A DNA stretch of 43,413 nt from contig JBBDRF010000034.1 of NCBI GenBank assembly GCA_040905565.1, positions 1 through 43,413 on the forward strand. Direction: 5' to 3'. Below the pieces are notes generated by a model that saw only the letters and a program-made list of their open reading frames with translations, searched no databases and was not told the DNA's origin. Shown piece after piece: positions 26,836 to 35,109 of the stretch (positions within the stretch are counted from its first letter, which is position 1; every line of letters starts with the position of its first letter). Made by a program: the position numbers and the translations under genes. Source of the DNA: Phycisphaeraceae bacterium (lineage in GTDB: Bacteria > Planctomycetota > Phycisphaerae > Phycisphaerales > Zrk34).

Positions 26836-27855
26836 TCACTTTCCGCGTTCTTTCGAGAGCGCGGCCCCTTTCGTCACCGCTGGGCCATACTGCTCTGCGG
26901 TGGCTTTGACTAATTCCCCCACGCGCTCGGCGAGTTCGGCGGGTTCGTGCACGCGTGCATGGGGCCCGTAGCCGAGGATCCACCAGACGATCTCATCGAG
27001 GCCGTCGACTTCGCAGTGAAACGTGATTGAGCCGTCGTCGTGATAATCGATCGCTTGCGTAGGGTGCCAATGGGTATCGCTGACGGTGTCGGCCACGTCG
27101 GCGTTGAACGCGATGCGCACCTGGTAAGTCTGATCACCCCGGATCATCCGCCACGCCTTGCCGCGGTAATCAGCGAGGGAAAAGTCGTCCGGGATCATGT
27201 AGGGGGTGTCGGTTGGCTTGATCGCGGAAAAGCGGTTGAGCTTGAGCCTTCGCACTTCGCCCCTACCTTCGTGATGGCCGATGACGTACCACGCCCGCTG
27301 ATCGAAAACGAGGTGGTATGGTCGCAACAGGAACGGGTCGTTGTTGGTGTCGCTATTAAGAGATTCGTAGCGGCACCGCAGCGCCCGCCTCTGGCGAATC
27401 GCCTGCTGCACCAGCCCGAACACGTCGCGGATAGATTCACCCGCCGGACCGCTGGCCGGCAAATGCACATCGACATGCTGATGCACGTCGCCCAGCTCAT
27501 CCACCACCGCCGGCGGCAACTGGGCTTTGATCTTTTCCACGGCCCGAGCAGCGGCTCCGGTGAGCGCAATCTGCTCATTCCCACCCACCCGCTCCGCCAG
27601 GCAAAGCAGTGCAAGCGTTTCCCCACTCGTCAACTGGACGGGCGGAAGGAAGAAATCGCGACGCACCCGGTAGCCGTTCGCGTCCTCATCGAAATAGCAC
27701 GGTACCCCCAGTTCGGCCAGCGTCGCAATATCGCGGTAGACGGTACGATCCGCCACGTTCAACTGCTGTGCCAGTTGCACTGCATTCCCCGCGTCGCCCT
27801 GCTGCATCAGCGTCAGCATGCGCAGCAACCGGTACATCTTCGAATAGTCAGCCAT
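26836..27855 (-). CDS. HTH-WYL-WCX transcriptional regulator (PafB/C-like)
   Basis: N-terminal HTH (LAQQLNVADRTVYRDIATL), WYL domain (PYHLVFDQRAWYVIG...RRLKLNR) and WCX (WILGYGPHARVHEPAEL). Confidence 0.93.
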   Translation of the reverse strand: MADYSKMYRLLRMLTLMQQGDAGNAVQLAQQLNVADRTVYRDIATLAELGVPCYFDEDANGYRVRRDFFLPPVQLTSGETLALLCLAERVGGNEQIALTGAAARAVEKIKAQLPPAVVDELGDVHQHVDVHLPASGPAGESIRDVFGLVQQAIRQRRALRCRYESLNSDTNNDPFLLRPYHLVFDQRAWYVIGHHEGRGEVRRLKLNRFSAIKPTDTPYMIPDDFSLADYRGKAWRMIRGDQTYQVRIAFNADVADTVSDTHWHPTQAIDYHDDGSITFHCEVDGLDEIVWWILGYGPHARVHEPAELAERVGELVKATAEQYGPAVTKGAALSKERGK

Positions 27856-28092
27856 CAGAAACCCCAAGGACAGCGTGTCGCCAACACAATAACTTCGAAA
27901 GCGAAAAGTGGCGAGTCGTTCTCGGGGGGCTTCGTCCCAAGCCACTTATCCGACTGCAATCACTCCGGACTCACAGGATGACTATCGCGCTAGATCTTCA
28001 CGGCTTCTAGCACGACGCGAGGGCGTCACGTGCACTGCAGCCGGCGCGCACCCCACGTTTATCCCGTGACCCTACTGTCACGGCACTATCTT

Positions 28093-28707
28093 CCAATCCA
28101 GCCGCACACACGCTTTTTCAGCAAGAACGAGGCGCGTTCGTTTAGCCGGCGCCTCGGTCTTTTTGCCGGTGGTCACGGGCCGGGTTGCTCGTCAGCATTG
28201 CCCGGAGTTTGTGGTCGTGACGCTGAAGTGCGCTTTGTGCGGATGCCCATGGCGCGTGGGGGAACGCGCTCGCTCCGTGTGCGTCGCTTTGCGAAAGGCG
28301 ACGGCTGCGACCCCTGCGGTCCGCAGCGCCCGGTTTGGCTACCAGGCAGGGGCATTCCCATATAGCTCGTCTTTGATTCTCGGCGGGACGCGCTATGAAA
28401 CCGCCGTGGATTAAAAGAGCCCGTGCAGGTATGGCTTTCCACAGCGTACCTACACGGGCTTCGGATTGGTTGTCGAAATGTCGTGCTGTGGAAAGCATGT
28501 CATTGTCATCGGCGCGATGCCTGCTCTGCCAAAACGGGTTCAGGCGTGTCACTGTCAGCGCGGCCCACTCACTTGCGGCAAGCGACGATCTCCCTGTCGT
28601 TTGCGCCGTTTCGTCACGCAGGGCATTTGGCCGATATTGATGGCATAAGACACAGTCATTCCATGACTTGGGCTGACGAAAGGTAGTGCCGATGGCAAGC
28701 TCGACGA
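28093..28707 (+). ncRNA. Putative large structured non-coding RNA (~615 nt) upstream of terS/terL
   Basis: Nested hand-found stems cover nearly the whole interval, with many G-U pairs on the + strand, a GCGA tetraloop and complementary loops TTCCAC/GTGGAA. No convincing ORF. See findings. Confidence 0.72.
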
Positions 28708-29177
28708 AGACGAAATCTGTGGGAAAAAGTAAGGAACGACGGGTAGGCAGGCCCAGCACCCACACACCGGGCCTCGCGCGGCGAATCTGCGATCAAGTCG
28801 CCGGCGGCAGAAGCCTGCGGTCGATCTGCGAAGCGAAGAGCATGCCTCATGCTGGCACCGTGCATCGCTGGCTGGCTGAGGACCGCAGTGGATTTTGCGA
28901 GCAGTACGCGCGCGCGTGCCAGCAGCGGGCGGAGTATTGGGTCGAGGAGATCATCGAGATCGCCGACTCAGACGACGATCCGAACAGCCGGCGGGTGCGT
29001 GTGGATGCCCGCAAGTGGATCGCGTGCAAGCTTCTGCCGCGTAAGTATGGCGATAAGCTGGACATGACGAGCGGCGGCGAGAAGATCGAGAGCGCCGACC
29101 AGATCGCCGCGCGGGTACTGGCGGGGCTGCCTGGTGGGCGGCGGGACATGGCGGACACTGAGGGTGGGGGGTCATGA
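28692..29177 (+). CDS. terS: Terminase small subunit (Sf6/P22-like)
   Basis: GRPS...ICDQVAGGRSLRSIC...MP...TVHRWL...F..QYARA...EEIIEIAD...RVRVDARKW...KLLPRKYGDK. Start may be 28686, 28692 or 28719. Confidence 0.88.
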   Translation: MASSTKTKSVGKSKERRVGRPSTHTPGLARRICDQVAGGRSLRSICEAKSMPHAGTVHRWLAEDRSGFCEQYARACQQRAEYWVEEIIEIADSDDDPNSRRVRVDARKWIACKLLPRKYGDKLDMTSGGEKIESADQIAARVLAGLPGGRRDMADTEGGGS

Positions 29178-30724
29178 GGCAGGCGTGTCCGCGTGATCTG
29201 CTGAGGAAAGCAGACCGAAGGGCGATTGATCGCCATGCCTTGCCGCCCCAGTGTGCTGCGGTGTGGGCGGTGATTGACGCAGCGGGCGGTGTGGGGCGTG
29301 AGAGTTGGTCGCCAGAGCAGTGGTCGCAGGTTGAGGCGCTGTTGCAGCGTACGCGGATTGAGCAGTATTTCCGCCCGAGTCCGCAGCCTGGTGTCGAGGG
29401 GGGCGGCATTGGTACGAGCGAGCAACAACTGCAGATTGCTGATGGGTTCTGGGGAGGCCGGCACCGGGCGATATATGCCAGCGGGGCCAATCGGTCAGGC
29501 AAGACCGTGACGCTGTGGGGCATGTGCTTCTGCAGGCACATTCGCGACCGCGCCCGCGACGGGGAGGTGTACTGGTGCATTGCCCCCGACTTCACGAAAA
29601 TGCGGCTTGGTCCTCACAAATGGTTGTGGGAGTACCTGCCGCGCCCGATGTTTGGCAATCGAGGCTACACCGAGTCGCTTGGGCTTGGCACCAACCCTGT
29701 GTTGGCGCTCAAGCTGCCTGACGATCGTGGGACGGTGACAATCGTGTTTAAGACCGAGGACCAGGAGCTTACCTCGTTCGAGTCCGACATCGTCACCGGC
29801 ATAGCGTGGACAGAGGCGGAGAGGGAGGCTGTTTTCGATTCGATTTGGGCTCGGCTGATCGACATGCGTGGCTGGATGCTCATCGATTACGTCCCGACGA
29901 TGGCATGGCACAAGTTCCGGCTGAGGCTCCATCAGATGGGCGACCGGTGGCGGCATGAGCGGTTCGCGATGGCGAGCAACGCCCATAATCTGCCGGTGGG
30001 CGCGATCGCGGAAGCGCGGAAGATGTGGAGTGACCGAGTGGCTGCGATCCGCATCGACGGCGAAGAAGGCGCCGGCTTTGGCGTGGTCATTCCGCAATTC
30101 AGTCCCGCACGCCACGTATGCGATCGCGACTTCGCCATTCCGCCCGATTGGCCCCGCTGGCGGGCGATGGACTACGGATTTGCCAACCCGACCGCTTGCT
30201 TGTGGGTGGCGGCCGCGCCAGACGAGACGCTGTACGTGTACCGCGAGCATTACGCACGCGAGCAGACCGTTTCGGATAACGCGAGTTCAATTCAGCAGTT
30301 GAGCGGGGATGAGGAGTTCCAGGGGGCGGTGCTGGTCGATCCATCCGCGTACAACCGCAACCAAGCCAACGGCGAGAGCATCGCGCTCGAGTTCAAGCGG
30401 GCGGGGCTCGAATGCCGGCCAGCGGTGCGGACGAACAAGATGGGGATGCACGCGAGCGTCGAGCAGGTCCGGCAGGCGTTCGCGTCTGACCGCATCAAGA
30501 TTCTGCCGCGGTGCCAGAACCTCATCCGAGAGCTGCAATCGTGGCGGTGCCGTGAGGGCAAAGACGGGGAGCCGATGGAGGTATACGAGGACAAGGACGA
30601 TCATTCGGTCGACGCGCTTCGCTATTGCATAATGGACAACCCGTGTTATAGTCGTCCTCAGGTCCGCGTCGAAACCGCGAGCCCTGCCCACCGCCTCGGG
30701 CGATCTTCAAGAAGTGTACGATGA
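29174..30724 (+). CDS. terL: Terminase large subunit
   Basis: Walker A GANRSGKT; RNase H-like nuclease motifs AMDYGFANPTA, YVYREHY, VDPSA, DDHSVDALRY. ATGA overlap with terS. Confidence 0.9.
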   Translation: MRQACPRDLLRKADRRAIDRHALPPQCAAVWAVIDAAGGVGRESWSPEQWSQVEALLQRTRIEQYFRPSPQPGVEGGGIGTSEQQLQIADGFWGGRHRAIYASGANRSGKTVTLWGMCFCRHIRDRARDGEVYWCIAPDFTKMRLGPHKWLWEYLPRPMFGNRGYTESLGLGTNPVLALKLPDDRGTVTIVFKTEDQELTSFESDIVTGIAWTEAEREAVFDSIWARLIDMRGWMLIDYVPTMAWHKFRLRLHQMGDRWRHERFAMASNAHNLPVGAIAEARKMWSDRVAAIRIDGEEGAGFGVVIPQFSPARHVCDRDFAIPPDWPRWRAMDYGFANPTACLWVAAAPDETLYVYREHYAREQTVSDNASSIQQLSGDEEFQGAVLVDPSAYNRNQANGESIALEFKRAGLECRPAVRTNKMGMHASVEQVRQAFASDRIKILPRCQNLIRELQSWRCREGKDGEPMEVYEDKDDHSVDALRYCIMDNPCYSRPQVRVETASPAHRLGRSSRSVR

Positions 30725-31110
30725 TCGCCCACGCTGCGCACCACGAGCATGACCGCCCACGCCGAAAGCCGACCAGGCCCGGCGTTGTTGTCGTGCGCTG
30801 ATCGCAGCGGGCGCGGAGGCCCGCCCATGAATCCCATCGTTGCCAGCGAGGTCGACCGACGGATAAAGCGGTCGACGCGTAAACGGCTCCGGCGACCAAA
30901 CCCCACGCGTTCATTCCCACACCGCAAGCAGTACGGCGGCGGGCGGCGTCCAAGTTTGCGCGCGTGGCGGGGCGACAATAAGCGTAACGATAAAGTGCAT
31001 GCCGTAAACATGTTGTCGCACAAAAGGCATGCGCGAATCAGTTCCTCGTTTTGCCAGACCCGCACTTCGGTCGAAACGCTCAGTAACGAATCAGTTACGG
31101 AGACGCGGCC

Positions 31111-31320
31111 ATGAACAATTCACTTTTGACGACGGAGCAGGTGGCCAGCAGGCTCAATGTCAACCCCGGCACGTTGAGGGTCTGGCGATGCACCAAGCGG
31201 TACGACCTGCCTTTTCTCCGCATCGGAGGGGCGGTTCGTTACGAACGTGAAGCGGTCGAAGCGTTCATCGTCAGGCAAAGGCAGAAAGCGGACGCGGAGG
31301 AGGGAAGTCGCAATGGCTGA
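31111..31320 (+). CDS. Excisionase-like HTH protein
   Basis: LLTTEQVASRLNVNPGTLRVWR...LPFLRIGGAVRYEREAVEAFI. Confidence 0.88.
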   Translation: MNNSLLTTEQVASRLNVNPGTLRVWRCTKRYDLPFLRIGGAVRYEREAVEAFIVRQRQKADAEEGSRNG

Positions 31321-31636
31321 CGAACCTGCCGTTCATCCAGTGCTGCTTGGCGCCGAATCCGCCGCGTCGATGCTGTCGTTGAGCCGGCGGTATTTCCTCA
31401 CCGCCGACGCATCAGGCAGGATCGGTCCGCGCTCCATCAAGATCGGCCGGCGCCGGCTGTGGAGTGTCGATGAACTGCGGACGTGGGCGGCGGCGGGCTG
31501 CCCGCATCGGCGGGAATGGGAGCGAATTCAAGAGCAGCGGTTGCACACACCGCTGCCCCACGATCATAACGCCAGAACCAAAAACGGCTTGCGAGCCGAG
31601 GACGGCAATTTGTCAGACAGAATGTCCGCCGGATGA
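31313..31636 (+). CDS. AlpA-like regulator
   Basis: LLGAESAASMLSLSRR...GRIGPRSIKIGRRRLWSVDELRTWAAAGCP; GGAGG RBS before ATG 31313. Confidence 0.8.
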   Translation: MADEPAVHPVLLGAESAASMLSLSRRYFLTADASGRIGPRSIKIGRRRLWSVDELRTWAAAGCPHRREWERIQEQRLHTPLPHDHNARTKNGLRAEDGNLSDRMSAG

Positions 31637-31711
31637 GCGAAACGTGCAGCCGCAAGCGCCCGCTGTATGGCAGCGGCAGGGCGACGAGCGGCGAAACGAA
31701 GGGATCCAAGC

Positions 31712-31933
31712 ATGATATCAGAACAGCAAGCAAGGCGGCAGGCCGAAGTCGCATTCAGGCGAGGATTTTCGCACGGCGCGTCCTTCGCAGCCGAGGCCGT
31801 CGCCGCTGGAGCGGACCACGCCGAACTCACAGTTCGGGCCGAATCGGATAAACAGTGGCGCGGCGGGCTTGTACGCGGCGAGAACAGGGCCGCCCTGCCG
31901 CCGATGCCGCCGAGGGGAGCGCGGAAACGATGA
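31712..31933 (+). CDS. Small hypothetical protein (73 aa)
   Basis: Co-oriented ORF MISEQQARRQAEVAFRRGFSHGA... whose stop overlaps the primase ATG (ATGA at 31930-31933). Confidence 0.55.
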   Translation: MISEQQARRQAEVAFRRGFSHGASFAAEAVAAGADHAELTVRAESDKQWRGGLVRGENRAALPPMPPRGARKR

Positions 31934-32745
31934 GCACGTCGACCACGAAATGGTTACCAGCCAGCAAGTCCGCGCCATGCCCGGTCTGCGATCATGACGG
32001 ATGGTGCGCCGTTGACGAACTTGGGGAGGTCGCAAAGTGCATGCGACTCAGCGACGGCGCGTTCAAGTCTCAAGAGGACGGTTCGGGGCTCGCACACTTT
32101 CACCGACTTCGCGAACCGGCCGCCATTCCACTGAGGATCAAGCGCGACCGGCCGGTGCAGGACTGGAGGCAGGTTCAGCAGCGATGCCGCGAAGCGTTAA
32201 CCGAGTCACGGCGCAATTGGCTGGTGAACGACCTAATGGTGAGCCCGGAGGCGCTTGATGCCATCGGCGTCGGCTGGCATCACGAATACCGTGTCTACAC
32301 GTTCCCCGAACGATTCCCCGATGGCACCATCATCGGCATCGCCACACGAAAGCCCGATGGCCGCAAAGCTTTTCTCAAGGGCGGTAATCGCGGGCTGATA
32401 ATTCCGCCGGCGCTAAACCTCGCCGAACCCGTTGTGGTGGTGGAAGGCCCGTCGGACGTTGCTGCGTGCCTCACTATCGGTGTGGGTGTCGTTGGAAGGC
32501 CGAGCAACACGGGCGGCGCTGCGATGCTCGCCGAACTGCTGAGGGACGGCGGAGAGGTATTCATCCTCGCGGAGAACGACGAGCCCGGCATCACCGGTGC
32601 CAAGGCCATCGCGGCGAGGCTCGCGGAAATATGGGGAAGGCCCGTGCCATGGGTGCTACCGCCTCACGGTGCCAAGGATATTAGGGCGTGGTTGGTAGAA
32701 CACGACGCGCACACCACCGAGGAATTGCGGGAGGTGCTGTTGTGA
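31930..32745 (+). CDS. Zn-finger + TOPRIM primase-like protein
   Basis: PCPVCDHDGWC; VVVEGPSDVAA...GRPSN...ILAEND..G...KDIRAW. Confidence 0.85.
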   Translation: MSTSTTKWLPASKSAPCPVCDHDGWCAVDELGEVAKCMRLSDGAFKSQEDGSGLAHFHRLREPAAIPLRIKRDRPVQDWRQVQQRCREALTESRRNWLVNDLMVSPEALDAIGVGWHHEYRVYTFPERFPDGTIIGIATRKPDGRKAFLKGGNRGLIIPPALNLAEPVVVVEGPSDVAACLTIGVGVVGRPSNTGGAAMLAELLRDGGEVFILAENDEPGITGAKAIAARLAEIWGRPVPWVLPPHGAKDIRAWLVEHDAHTTEELREVLL

Positions 32746-34175
32746 GTCACCTGAGAGATGAAGCCGTCTTTGTCGAATCCCCCCATAAGTGCCGCGGCAC
32801 CGCCTATCCAACAACCGACTTAGGAAATGCCGAGCGATTCACCGATCAACACCTAAGTCGCCTTCGGTATTGTTGGGCGAAGGGCGATTGGCTTGCGTGG
32901 ACCGGCACGCATTGGGCCGACGACGCAACCGGTGACGTGCATCGGCGAGCGGCAGAAACGGCCAGGAGCATCTACCGGGAGGCTGCGGACGCATCCGACT
33001 CCGACAGGCGCGAAAGGCTGGGAAAATGGGCGATTGCAAGCGAGTCGCGGAGCCGGCTGGACGCCATGATCGCGCTCGCACGCGCAGCCGATGGCATCGC
33101 AATAGGTGCGGACGAATTGGACCGCCAAGACTGGCTGTTTAACTGTCAGAACGTAGCAATCGACTTAAAAACAGGCAGACCACGCGATCACAATCCCGCC
33201 GACCTAATCACGCGATGCGCTCCCGTAAAATTTGACCCAGCGGCAACCGCGCCGATCTTTCACGGCTTCCTGCGTCGAATATTCAGCGAGGACGACGAAC
33301 TTATCACGTTCGTTCAGCGGGTGCTCGGAATGTGCTTAACGGGTGACGTGCGTGAACAATTCCTATTTATCTGCCACGGGCAAGGCGCGAACGGAAAAAG
33401 CGTGCTATTAGACACGATCGCCGGAATCATGGGCGACTACTGCGGGGCCGCTGCGCCCGACCTGCTGGTGGCAAAAAAGCACGGCGAACATCCGACCGAG
33501 CTTGCTGATTTACAGGGGCGTCGGCTGGTGGTTGCGAGCGAGACGGAAGCGGGGGCAGCGTGGCGACTACAGCTTATCAAACGGCTGACGGGCGACGCGA
33601 CCATCAAGGCTAGGAAAATGCGTCAGGATTTTTACGAGTTTGCCCGGACGCACAAGCTTTTGGTCGTCACGAACAGCAAGCCCCGCGTCGTGGAGGACTC
33701 GGAGGCAGTCTGGCGGCGGATGCGGCTTATCCCGTTCAGTGTGGTGATACCCCCCGACGAACGCGACCCGCATCTACTGGACCGGCTCAAGGCTGAGGCG
33801 TCGGGGATATTGAACTGGCTAGTCGAGGGCTGCGGTGCCTGGCAGGTCGGTGGGCTGCAAACCCCGCCTGCGGTTCTGGCGGCGACGGCGGAGTACCGTG
33901 ACGAGTCGGACCCCCTGAAGGACTTCATCTCAGACCGCTGCGAACTGGACCCGGAAGCGCAGATTCTGACAGCGGAATTGCGGCGAGCTTACGAGGCTCA
34001 TTGCGAGGAAAACGGAGCCAAGCCACTAGGGAAAATGCGGTTCGCGGAGGCGCTGGGTCGTCATGGTTGTCATGGTGGGAAGAATTGGCAAGGCCGTATC
34101 TGGAAAGGGGTTACGCTATCCGACAGCGCGACCATGACAACCCATGACGACCCTGCCCGCATGACCAGAATTTAG
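32742..34175 (+). CDS. P4-family primase/D5-like SF3 helicase
   Basis: TDLGNAERF, GQGANGKS (Walker A), LVVASE, IKRLTGD, TNSKP, VWRRM. GTGA overlap with the primase. Confidence 0.92.
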   Translation: MSHLRDEAVFVESPHKCRGTAYPTTDLGNAERFTDQHLSRLRYCWAKGDWLAWTGTHWADDATGDVHRRAAETARSIYREAADASDSDRRERLGKWAIASESRSRLDAMIALARAADGIAIGADELDRQDWLFNCQNVAIDLKTGRPRDHNPADLITRCAPVKFDPAATAPIFHGFLRRIFSEDDELITFVQRVLGMCLTGDVREQFLFICHGQGANGKSVLLDTIAGIMGDYCGAAAPDLLVAKKHGEHPTELADLQGRRLVVASETEAGAAWRLQLIKRLTGDATIKARKMRQDFYEFARTHKLLVVTNSKPRVVEDSEAVWRRMRLIPFSVVIPPDERDPHLLDRLKAEASGILNWLVEGCGAWQVGGLQTPPAVLAATAEYRDESDPLKDFISDRCELDPEAQILTAELRRAYEAHCEENGAKPLGKMRFAEALGRHGCHGGKNWQGRIWKGVTLSDSATMTTHDDPARMTRI

Positions 34176-34220
34176 AGCCTCCTGTGGGAGTTAACCGGCA
34201 GGGTTGTCATGAGTCGTCAT
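34134..34220. repeat. 24-bp inverted repeat built from CATGACRACC units; candidate replication origin
   Basis: ATGACAACCCATGACGACCCTGCC (34134-34157) vs the reverse complement of 34197-34220, ATGACGACTCATGACAACCCTGCC (21/24). Confidence 0.7.
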
Positions 34221-34358
34221 TGGAAATGTACCGACTACGGTAAACGAGCTATTCCCGCAATGCCTCGACACTCGCCAGCGAGCGCGCTGCACATGGCCAA
34301 GGAGGAGCATCTTCCCCACAAGCTGAACACCAAGTACGCAAGCGCAGAAACGGCAGAG

Positions 34359-34412
34359 TGTTGGCGATACTGTCGGCGGTTTTGTCCGCCTGAGTGTCCG
34401 GAACAATGTCCG
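34359..34412 (+). repeat. Five TGTCCG-like hexamers at an exact 12-bp period
   Basis: TGTTGG 34359, TGTCGG 34371, TGTCCG 34383, 34395, 34407. A related pair occurs at 36439/36451. Confidence 0.7.
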
Positions 34413-34423
34413 GATGAGGGGGC

Positions 34424-34452
34424 TTGATATTGTGCGCCTGGTGGGTTACTAT
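34424..34452 (+). promoter_or_regulatory. Sigma70 promoter of higBA (probably leaderless transcript)
   Basis: TTGATA-N17-TACTAT; the ATG begins 7 nt after the -10 and there is no RBS. Confidence 0.7.
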
Positions 34453-34458
34453 CTAGCA

Positions 34459-34740
34459 ATGATCGCATCGTTTGCCGACCGGGACGCCGAAGCCTTGTTC
34501 AGCCGTCAGCGGGTGAAACGGATTGATGCTCGCGTCCAGCGTGTGGCGCTTCGCAAGCTGCGATACCTGAACAGTGCCGCGACGCTTGATGATCTGCGCA
34601 TCCCGCCGGGTAATCGGCTTGAAGCGCTCAAGGGCAAACGAGCCGGGCAGCACAGTATCCGCATCAACGAGCAATGGCGGATTGTGTTCACCTGGACCGA
34701 CAACAACGCCCACGACGTGGCCATTGTTGATTACCACTGA
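34459..34740 (+). CDS. higB: HigB (RelE/ParE-family) toxin
   Basis: MIASFADRDAEALF...LDDLRIPPGNRLEALKGKRAGQHSIRINEQWRIVF...IVDYH. Confidence 0.95.
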   Translation: MIASFADRDAEALFSRQRVKRIDARVQRVALRKLRYLNSAATLDDLRIPPGNRLEALKGKRAGQHSIRINEQWRIVFTWTDNNAHDVAIVDYH

Positions 34741-34754
34741 CCGGAGAAATAACC

Positions 34755-35057
34755 ATGACCGCCCGCAAGCACAAACCCATCCACCCCGGCGAAGTGCTCA
34801 AGCATGATTTTCTGGACCCGCTGGGAATTACCGCCTACCGGCTGGCGAAGGATGCCGGCGTATCGGCGCAGCACATCGGTCGCGTCGTGAAGGGACAGCG
34901 CGGCATCGGTGGCGAGCTTGCCTTGCGACTCGCGCGCTACTTTGGCACGTCAGCGCAGCTTTGGATGGGGTTGCAGGCTCAATATGAATTGGACGTAGCT
35001 GAGGATCAAGTCGGCCGAGAAATCAGCCGCGGCGTTCGTCCATACCGGGCCGCGTAG
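34755..35057 (+). CDS. higA: HigA antitoxin
   Basis: PIHPGEVLKHDFLDPLGITAYRLAK...ALRLARYFGTSAQLWMGLQAQYEL. Confidence 0.95.
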   Translation: MTARKHKPIHPGEVLKHDFLDPLGITAYRLAKDAGVSAQHIGRVVKGQRGIGGELALRLARYFGTSAQLWMGLQAQYELDVAEDQVGREISRGVRPYRAA

Positions 35058-35109
35058 GGCATCGCAGGCGACAAACCCCGACGAGCGCACCACGAACGGA
35101 AGGCAACCC

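Noticed and set aside
28010..28070. CGCGAGGGC / TATCCCGTG as the second att copy of tRNA-Arg
   Set aside because: Too short and mismatched relative to TATCCGCGGGAGGGCTCGAACC.
28417..28462. GAGCCCGTG...ACACGGGCTT hairpin as group II intron domain V (AGC triad)
   Set aside because: No GNRA cap, the stem is too long and no domain VI with a bulged A follows. Kept only as an arm of the unassigned RNA; a permuted intron is not excluded without a covariance search.
28672..28686. CTGACGA/GAAA as a hammerhead ribozyme core
   Set aside because: The two motifs overlap with no stem II between them, so the geometry does not fit.
28030..28767. Several overlapping ORFs of 60-207 aa in the region before terS
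   Set aside because: No recognisable motifs or good RBS; dense nested base-pairing explains the region better.
30721..31114. 26-aa ORF overlapping the terL stop and a basic 95-aa ORF from 30827
   Set aside because: Arg-rich and motif-free; cannot be distinguished from a promoter region (GTAAC-N6-GTTAC palindrome at 31083-31098).
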